Source: an uncultured Omnitrophica bacterium (lineage in GTDB: Bacteria; Omnitrophota; Gorgyraeia; JACQQV01). From it: 64,000 bases of DNA. Shown here piece by piece: positions 1-5,967 of this stretch. The position numbers and the translations under genes were made by a program. Below the pieces are notes generated by a model, which searched no databases, was not told the DNA's origin, and saw only the letters and a program-made list of their open reading frames with translations. The stretch covers positions 2,556 through 66,555 of the forward strand of contig CAMTXH010000022.1 of NCBI GenBank assembly GCA_947085655.1, read 5' to 3'. Numbering within the stretch: position 1 is the first letter of the stretch; each line of letters starts with the position of its first letter.

Positions 1-410
1 GCTCCCCGGTTATCCTTCTTTCCCGAGCGGGCCATCGCCTGTTTTTTGTTTTCCGTGGTCAGGACTCCGAAAGCAATCGGGATGCCGGAACGGAGGGCCA
101 CTTCCGAAACCCCCCGCGAAGCGATGGTTGCGACATACTCAAAATGGGGGGTCTCCCCCCGGATGACCGCACCGAGTGCAACAAGGGCATCATACCTTTT
201 TTTGGCCGTCATCCAGAGACAGGCGGCCGGAATCTCCACCGCGCCCGGCACCCAAACCACATCAATCCGCGAATCGGGGACCCTGTGAGAGCGGAGTGCG
301 GCAAGGCACCCCTCCAGCAATCGCCCTGTAATCGTCTCGTGGAACCGGGAAACGACCACACCGACCCGCTTGCCTGTACCCTTCGGTGCCGCTCTCAGAA
401 TTCGGGCCAT
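1..410 (-). CDS. ribH: 6,7-dimethyl-8-ribityllumazine synthase (3' end truncated by window edge)
   Basis: Manual translation from ATG at 410: MARILRAAPKGTGKRVGVVVSRFHETIT...VPGAVEIP...LGAVIRGETPHFEYV...PIAFGVLTT; directly downstream of ribBA; absent from the ORF track. Confidence 0.93.
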   Translation of the reverse strand, partial: MARILRAAPKGTGKRVGVVVSRFHETITGRLLEGCLAALRSHRVPDSRIDVVWVPGAVEIPAACLWMTAKKRYDALVALGAVIRGETPHFEYVATIASRGVSEVALRSGIPIAFGVLTTENKKQAMARSGKKDNRG

Positions 411-412
411 CG

Positions 413-1612
413 CTACATCTCCGCCGTCAGCACATGGCCCAATTTTTCTTTTTTGGCCTTGAGGTATTTCTTGTTGAGAGAAGTGGGGGTGATTTCAATC
501 GGAATCCGGTCCACCACCCGGAGTTTGTACCCTTCGAGTCCCACGATCTTTTTGGGATTATTGGTGAGAAGCCGGATTTCCCGCAGGCCCAAATCCGCCA
601 GAATCTGGGCGCCGATGCCGTAATGGCGGAGGTCCGGCTTAAAGCCGAGCGCCTGATTCGCGTCGACGGTGTCGAGCCCCTTTTCCTGAAGGACGTAGGC
701 GCGGAGTTTATTGATGAGACCGATGCCGCGGCCCTCCTGACGCATGTAAAGAATCACGCCGCGGCCTTCGCTTTGAATCATCCGCATCGACTGCTCCAGC
801 TGCTCGCCGCAGTCGCAACGGCTCGAATGGAAGACATCCCCTGTCAGACACTCCGAATGGACCCGGACGAGGACCGGTCCCTTGGCGATGTTTCCGAGGA
901 CAAGAGCCAGATGGTATTCGCTGTCCACGGTCGATTCGTAAGCATGGAGCCGGAAGTGGCCAAAACGGGTCGGGAGGTCCGCCGCGAGTGTTTTCCGGAC
1001 GAGTTTTTCAAAGCGTCTGCGGTATTCAATCAGATCTTGGATGGTTCCGATTTTGAGACGATGGGTCTTGGCAAATTTCAAGAGTTCCTGCGTCCGGGCA
1101 ATCCCTCCGTCCGGCAATGCCACGCGGCAAATCAAACCGGCCGGAAAAAGGCCCGCCATCCTCGCCAGATCCACGCACGCCTCTGTGTGGCCGGCCCGGA
1201 CCAGCACACCTCCCGGCTTTGCTCCGAGCGGCAGCACCGGTCCTGTCCGCTCGAGTCCCTCCGGAGAGGTCTTCGGATGAATCAATGCCCGAATCGTTCT
1301 GAGATGGTCCTGAAAAGGGACCTTTCGACGAAGCGCTTTTTTTGTCTTTACGGAAACGGTCCAGGCCGCCTCCAACACACTCCGGCTTTTTTCTCTGAGA
1401 GGGATGCCCAATTCCGAAAGACGGTGGGATTCCATCGGCATGCAGAGGGGTCCGCGCCCGTGCGATGTCATAAACTGAAGCGTCTTCCGGGTGACGGAGG
1501 AAGCGGTCGTCACAAAATCTCCCTCGTTCTCCGGCTCACCGTCATCCAAAAGGATGACGATCTGACCCCGCTTCAGCGATTTGAGAATTTCTGGGATAGA
1601 ATGAAAGGGCAT
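413..1612 (-). CDS. ribBA: RibBA fusion: DHBP-synthase-like N-domain (degenerate) plus GTP cyclohydrolase II
   Basis: VRVHSECLTGDVFHSSRCDCG, QEGRGIGL and LLTNNPKK motifs of RibA; ENEGD and RAGHTEA motifs of RibB. Confidence 0.92.
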   Translation of the reverse strand: MPFHSIPEILKSLKRGQIVILLDDGEPENEGDFVTTASSVTRKTLQFMTSHGRGPLCMPMESHRLSELGIPLREKSRSVLEAAWTVSVKTKKALRRKVPFQDHLRTIRALIHPKTSPEGLERTGPVLPLGAKPGGVLVRAGHTEACVDLARMAGLFPAGLICRVALPDGGIARTQELLKFAKTHRLKIGTIQDLIEYRRRFEKLVRKTLAADLPTRFGHFRLHAYESTVDSEYHLALVLGNIAKGPVLVRVHSECLTGDVFHSSRCDCGEQLEQSMRMIQSEGRGVILYMRQEGRGIGLINKLRAYVLQEKGLDTVDANQALGFKPDLRHYGIGAQILADLGLREIRLLTNNPKKIVGLEGYKLRVVDRIPIEITPTSLNKKYLKAKKEKLGHVLTAEM

Positions 1613-1623
1613 CGGTTTCCTTT

Positions 1624-1650
1624 ATCCCGCCACCTACAAGGTGGCGGGAT
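1624..1650. repeat. CCGCCA-type palindromic hairpin in the rib leader
   Basis: ATCCCGCCACC-TACAA-GGTGGCGGGAT perfect inverted repeat. Confidence 0.7.
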
Positions 1651-1671
1651 ATTTTCGGCCTTATGGCCTCA

Positions 1672-1699
1672 AATAAAAACCCCGATTCTCTTTCGGGGA
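1672..1699 (-). terminator. Intrinsic terminator in the rib leader (riboswitch expression platform)
   Basis: Minus strand CCCCGA-AAGAGAA-TCGGGG followed by TTTTTATTT. Confidence 0.8.
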
Positions 1700-1741
1700 T
1701 TTGTGAATAGAGTCCACCCTCCTGGGCAGACCCCTTCTTTT

Positions 1742-1890
1742 CTCTCTTCTTGCACCCCGCACCCTTCGCTTGCCCTGAACCTGAACAAAGCAAATGGTTC
1801 AGGGCTACGCTCAGCTGCGGGGGTCGCGGGCTTGTCCGCCTTTGGCGGGCTTACCGCCGATGGGGAATTCCACCCACCCCCGAAGAGAAA
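1742..1890 (-). promoter_or_regulatory. FMN (RFN) riboswitch-like element, apparently lacking P5/P6
   Basis: TCTTCGGGG..GGGTGGAATTCCC..CGGCGGTAA..AGCCCGCGA matches the RFN 5' half and the element closes with AGAAGA; lies upstream of ribBA-ribH. Confidence 0.75.
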
Positions 1891-1899
1891 TTCTCTTTC

Positions 1900-1928
1900 A
1901 TCATAGGTCAAATAGGGGAAATTGTCAA
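1900..1928 (-). promoter_or_regulatory. Sigma70 promoter of the rib operon
   Basis: TTGACA-17 bp-TATGAT on the minus strand immediately before the RFN element. Confidence 0.75.
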
Positions 1929-2022
1929 GGGGCTCTCCCGTAGCTCACCAAATTTACTGTAACTCTTTTTTTATTAAAGCCTTATATTAATACCATAACC
2001 TCAAAGAAATGGGGGTCTTACC

Positions 2023-2051
2023 TTGACTTTGCAGAGGGGGTATGGTATACT
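2023..2051 (+). promoter_or_regulatory. Sigma70 promoter of the pilin operon
   Basis: TTGACT-17 bp-TATACT with TGn extended -10. Confidence 0.8.
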
Positions 2052-2057
2052 TTCACT

Positions 2058-2160
2058 GAAGGCGAAAAAGGCACACTCGGGGAAACCCGAGGTCGCAAAG
2101 CCACGGGTCTACAAATACGGTGCGATAACACCGTTTTCACGATCGCCAGGCTACCGACCT
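2058..2160 (+). promoter_or_regulatory. Cyclic di-GMP-I (GEMM-I) riboswitch aptamer
   Basis: AAAGGCACAC-TCGGG-GAAA-CCCGAG-GTCGCAAAGCCACGGGTCTA...GATCGCCAGGCTACCGA fits the GEMM-I consensus (GAAA tetraloop in P2, GCAAAGC junction, 3' TACCGA). Confidence 0.88.
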
Positions 2161-2173
2161 CAATGGAATTTTC

Positions 2174-2216
2174 AAGCTGTCTCTCGTGTTGGTAGCGTGA
2201 GGCAGCTTTTTTATTT
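2174..2216 (+). terminator. Intrinsic terminator, expression platform of the GEMM riboswitch
   Basis: AAGCTGTCTC...GAGGCAGCTT stem followed by TTTTATTT. Confidence 0.8.
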
Positions 2217-2248
2217 GCACCCAAAGAAAAGAGATTTAAAAAGAAAAA

Positions 2249-3667
2249 ATGAGAACCCTTTTAAAGAAAAACGGCTGGGGTCTTATCGAGATGCTGACGG
2301 CGGTCGCCCTGATTGCCCTATTGGTTGTGTTGTCTCTTCCGGTTCTCTCCAGGGTGATGGCGAATATGAGAGATCAAAGCGCCATTGCCTCCCTCTGGGC
2401 CATCCTTGAGGCACAGAAAAGCTACCGGGATGCCCAGACCCCGACGACTTATGCGAATACCATAGGAGATCTTGTAAATGACGAGTATCTTTCGGGAAAA
2501 TTTCTCAACGATTCTTCCTATGAGTACCGGCTTTCTGCCACATCGAACACCTTCACAGCAGAGGTGGTTCGGGATGGAATCATCCTTGCCTCAATCAGCC
2601 ACATTGGAAACCTCACGTATGGAGGAGGGGGCGCAGAGGACGGAGGCAGTGGAGGTGGCGACGGCGGGGGAGGGAGGGGAGGGGGGGAGCAAATCTCTTG
2701 TCCCTATCTTTACATCTGGAACGGCTTTGCCTTTGTCAAAGAAAATGACCTGAATCCTGGAGGAGACATCGAGAGAGGGTTGGGAGAATATACCGATTTT
2801 TATCTCCTCATGAAAAAGGTTGTCCCTCAAAGGAACCAATATCTTTTCCAAATCAGGGAAGAAGTGGAGGAGATCAGCTGGATCAACGCGGTCAGACTTG
2901 TTTCCATCGACCACCCCCGCTCGGTCCAGGTGGCTCCAAGCCCTGAAGGTGTGATTTGGACTTATCGGGAAAAAGATCTTCAAAAGCCCCTCTCGGTCTA
3001 CACGGACAAGGGAGAAGATGCGGCGCCTCTTCTCAGCGATGTGGGAAAGCGTTTCTATCATGGCCGGGCCGGGAACTACCTGATAGTGAACTTTGGGGAA
3101 GTCAGGGATCTTGAAAACGGCGTCAGACTCATTATGAGCGCCGATCCCATGATGATACCGGAAAAGAGCATCCATCTCTTCGCCTGGGTGGAGGAAAGAC
3201 GGTGGATTCCTGTCGCCCAAATTCATCCTCATGAGAAATGGGACCGGTGGGCAGTAGACCTGACAGAGATTGCGAGGAAAAGAAAGGGGCAGGCGCTTCT
3301 CTTGAAATTCGCTCTGACAGACGAGCATCGAATCGACTTTGCCATGCTCGACACTTCCCCTCAAGCGGAGGTTTTCGTCCGGGAGGTCCCTCCGCTCACC
3401 ATGCACCATTCGCGGAGAGGAGATGTCTCGGAGGCGTTGAAAAAGACAGACCAGGAAGTCACGGAATTGGTGAAAGAGGACACCCTGACCTTGACATTCA
3501 AGCGGACCCCTCTCCAAGGAGAGGCGAGAGACTTCCTTTTTGTCTCCACAGCCAGTTACAAGCCCCTCCCTCCTTCCCTGGGAGGTCTCCCCCAGAGGGA
3601 AAAGGAATTTCTTCTCTTTGATGCCGTGCGACGGTTCTTTTCACAAAAGGGAGAACAGCCCCTTTAA
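2249..3667 (+). CDS. Type IV pilin-like protein with Gly-rich linker and large C-terminal domain (putative minor pilin or adhesin)
   Basis: Class III signal KKNG|WGLIE, hydrophobic helix, Gly linker, then a ~320-aa domain starting SCPYLYIWNG. Confidence 0.8.
   Translation: MRTLLKKNGWGLIEMLTAVALIALLVVLSLPVLSRVMANMRDQSAIASLWAILEAQKSYRDAQTPTTYANTIGDLVNDEYLSGKFLNDSSYEYRLSATSNTFTAEVVRDGIILASISHIGNLTYGGGGAEDGGSGGGDGGGGRGGGEQISCPYLYIWNGFAFVKENDLNPGGDIERGLGEYTDFYLLMKKVVPQRNQYLFQIREEVEEISWINAVRLVSIDHPRSVQVAPSPEGVIWTYREKDLQKPLSVYTDKGEDAAPLLSDVGKRFYHGRAGNYLIVNFGEVRDLENGVRLIMSADPMMIPEKSIHLFAWVEERRWIPVAQIHPHEKWDRWAVDLTEIARKRKGQALLLKFALTDEHRIDFAMLDTSPQAEVFVREVPPLTMHHSRRGDVSEALKKTDQEVTELVKEDTLTLTFKRTPLQGEARDFLFVSTASYKPLPPSLGGLPQREKEFLLFDAVRRFFSQKGEQPL
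2336..2461 (+). repeat. 126-bp perfect direct repeat, copy 1 (within pilin gene 1)
   Basis: CTTCCGGTTCTCTCC...GCGAATACC, identical to 3770-3895. Confidence 0.95.
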
Positions 3668-3679
3668 GGCGCGTGAAAC

Positions 3680-4153
3680 ATGAAAGCGATCCTGAAACAA
3701 AATAAGGGAAAAAGTCTCGTCGAACTCTCAACGACGGTTGCCGTCATCGCCCTTTTGGTTGTTTTTTCCCTTCCGGTTCTCTCCAGGGTGATGGCGAATA
3801 TGAGAGATCAAAGCGCCATTGCCTCCCTCTGGGCCATCCTTGAGGCACAGAAAAGCTACCGGGATGCCCAGACCCCGACGACTTATGCGAATACCCTGGA
3901 AGACCTGATCGCCCAGGGATATCTGGACCGTCTCCCGAGTGACTATCGATATGTTCTCACCGCAACGGCCGATGCCTTCACTATCGAACTCTTAAGGGCA
4001 GGAGATACCCTGGCCACCATTGACCATAACGGGAATTTCTTCACGGGTGATGGGGGTGATGGGGGTGATGGGGGCGGTGGGGGTGATGGGGGTGATGGGG
4101 GCGGTGGGGAGATAAGCCTTGGGCATGAGCCTCCTATACAACCAAATCCATGA
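3680..4153 (+). CDS. Type IV pilin-like protein
   Basis: QNKG|KSLVE prepilin-like motif, hydrophobic helix, GGD-repeat tail. Confidence 0.8.
   Translation: MKAILKQNKGKSLVELSTTVAVIALLVVFSLPVLSRVMANMRDQSAIASLWAILEAQKSYRDAQTPTTYANTLEDLIAQGYLDRLPSDYRYVLTATADAFTIELLRAGDTLATIDHNGNFFTGDGGDGGDGGGGGDGGDGGGGEISLGHEPPIQPNP
3770..3895 (+). repeat. 126-bp perfect direct repeat, copy 2 (within pilin gene 2)
   Basis: Identical to 2336-2461. Confidence 0.95.
4045..4109 (+). repeat. GGGGGTGAT/GGGGGCGGT 9-bp tandem repeat
   Basis: Directly visible; encodes GDG/GGG linker. Confidence 0.9.
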
Positions 4154-4192
4154 GATTGAGTTCAGTGCCTTCTCCTTTCTTTAGATCGATTC

Positions 4193-4221
4193 TTGAAAGT
4201 CCTTCCAAATTGTGCTATCCT
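4193..4221 (+). promoter_or_regulatory. Sigma70 promoter of the diguanylate cyclase gene
   Basis: TTGAAA-17 bp-TATCCT with TGn. Confidence 0.55.
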
Positions 4222-4236
4222 CATCCCTGATCTTTC

Positions 4237-5967
4237 ATGCTCACTCTTTTCAAGCGTCCCAGCGTAAGATCCGTTTCCCTGATTGCCCTGGGAATCCTTC
4301 TGGTTTACGTCTTCTCCATCCGTCCGCTCACTCCTTTTGAAGCCCTCCAGTTCAGGATGCACGATTTCTTCTTTGTGAGCGCCCTAAAGGCGAAGCGTCC
4401 CCCTCCGGAACTGGATCAGATTGTTCTCGTGGCCCTGGATGACGAATCCTACACCAAGGTGAACGAACGCTGGCCCTGGGATCGCGCCGTCTACGCAGAA
4501 CTGGTCGAAAAACTTTCCCGTCAGAATCCGCGGTTGATCCTTTTGGATGTCGCTTTTGGGGGAGAACAGAACCCGGAAAGTGACACCCGCCTTGCCGCCG
4601 CCCTGGAAAAGGCGGGAAACGTCTTCATCGCTTATTATCTGGGGGATAATGGCAGACCGGTCTATCCTTTGGGGCGTTTTCGAAAAGCAAGTCTCGGCTC
4701 CGGATATGTCAACAAGCCTCTCGATGCCGATTTCAGTATCCGCCAGGCGCAACTCCTCCGCTGGACGGTTGACGGGGAGCTTCTCGACATGGCGCTGGAA
4801 CTAAAGGCCGCCTCCCACCTTTTTAGCGCCACGCCGGTCCCTTCCCGGGAGAAACAGATCATCCAGTTTCAAAAGAAGGAGGGGTCTCCTCCTCCACCTC
4901 TTCGCGGAACGGCTGTTCCGATTCCGGTCAGGAGGGATGGGACGGTCTTTCTGAATTACCAGGCCTCCCGTGAGGACTTTACGACCGTTCCGGCCTGGAA
5001 GGTCCTTGCGGAGGAAGTCCCCGAAGGGACTTTCAAAGACAAAATCGCCCTTTTTGGAATCACCAACCGGCTGATGCATGATATTCACCATTCCCCCCTC
5101 GGTTCCCTTCCGGGGGTCGTGATCTTTGCCAATCTCCTCCTCATGATTTTAAGCGGCGCTTATGTTTTTGAAGCGCCGCTTTGGGTCGACCTTTTCGTCC
5201 TCTCTTTTTTAGGGATGGCGACCGCCTACGCTACCTATCGGCTCACCCCCTGGCGGGGGTTCCTCTTTTTCTTCTACGCCGTCCTCTTCCTCCTCGGTGT
5301 CACCTTTTTCCTTTACCTCAAAAACATCCACTGGGATTTCGCCGGCACCCTCTTTGCAATGGTCTTCTGTTATCTGGGGATCACGTTTTACAAGTACTTT
5401 TGCGTTGTCCTTGAAAATGCGGCGCTCAAGGAGGAGGCCATCACGGACGGCCTCACGCAACTTTACACCTACCGCTATTTTGAATTGCGGCTCCGGAATG
5501 AATTCGAGCGGGCCAGCCGGTACCATGTCCCTCTTTCCCTTGTGTTTGTGGATGTGGACCACTTCAAAAGAATTAATGACACCTACGGACATGAGGAGGG
5601 AAACATCGTCCTCAGGGCAATCGCGGAGCTCCTCAGGAAACATTCCCGGCGGGTGGATCTGGTTGCCCGCTATGGGGGGGAGGAATTTTGCGTGATCCTA
5701 CCGCAGACAGAGCTGGAAGGGGCCGAGCACTATGCAGAGTTTCTCCGGAAAGCGGTTGAGGAAAGCCCCATTTCTCTCCGGGGGGGAGAAACGATCCGTG
5801 TCACCATCAGCTTGGGTGTTTCTTCCTATCCCCGTTTTCCCGTCACCTCAAGCGAGGAATTGGTCAAATTGACCGATCTGGGAGTCTACCAAGCCAAACA
5901 AACAGGCCGGAACCAGGTCTGCGTGGCGGGAAGCTCCTTCCTGAAAACCAAGGCGGAAAAACCTTAG
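4237..5967 (+). CDS. CHASE2-GGDEF diguanylate cyclase
   Basis: CHASE2 (IVLVALDD, RWPWDR, PGVVIFA), 3 TM helices, TDGLT, FKRINDTYGH, RxxD I-site, GGEEF. Confidence 0.93.
   Translation: MLTLFKRPSVRSVSLIALGILLVYVFSIRPLTPFEALQFRMHDFFFVSALKAKRPPPELDQIVLVALDDESYTKVNERWPWDRAVYAELVEKLSRQNPRLILLDVAFGGEQNPESDTRLAAALEKAGNVFIAYYLGDNGRPVYPLGRFRKASLGSGYVNKPLDADFSIRQAQLLRWTVDGELLDMALELKAASHLFSATPVPSREKQIIQFQKKEGSPPPPLRGTAVPIPVRRDGTVFLNYQASREDFTTVPAWKVLAEEVPEGTFKDKIALFGITNRLMHDIHHSPLGSLPGVVIFANLLLMILSGAYVFEAPLWVDLFVLSFLGMATAYATYRLTPWRGFLFFFYAVLFLLGVTFFLYLKNIHWDFAGTLFAMVFCYLGITFYKYFCVVLENAALKEEAITDGLTQLYTYRYFELRLRNEFERASRYHVPLSLVFVDVDHFKRINDTYGHEEGNIVLRAIAELLRKHSRRVDLVARYGGEEFCVILPQTELEGAEHYAEFLRKAVEESPISLRGGETIRVTISLGVSSYPRFPVTSSEELVKLTDLGVYQAKQTGRNQVCVAGSSFLKTKAEKP

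Noticed and set aside
386-1906. 506-aa plus-strand ORF, and similar long antisense ORFs at 20002-21261, 29361-30428, 31608-32699, 32965-33924, 58750-59742 and 60195-61313
   Set aside because: Shadow frames opposite well-conserved genes, with no recognisable motifs; expected at this GC content
2058-2160. GEMM-Ib (3',3'-cGAMP-specific) riboswitch assignment
   Set aside because: By eye the position equivalent to Vc2 G20 is G (AAAGGCAC), not A, which favours c-di-GMP; promiscuous binding is not excluded
2336-3895. 126-bp repeat as a DGR template/variable repeat pair
   Set aside because: The copies are identical with no adenine-specific mismatches, lie in the conserved N-terminal part of the pilins, and no reverse transcriptase is in the window
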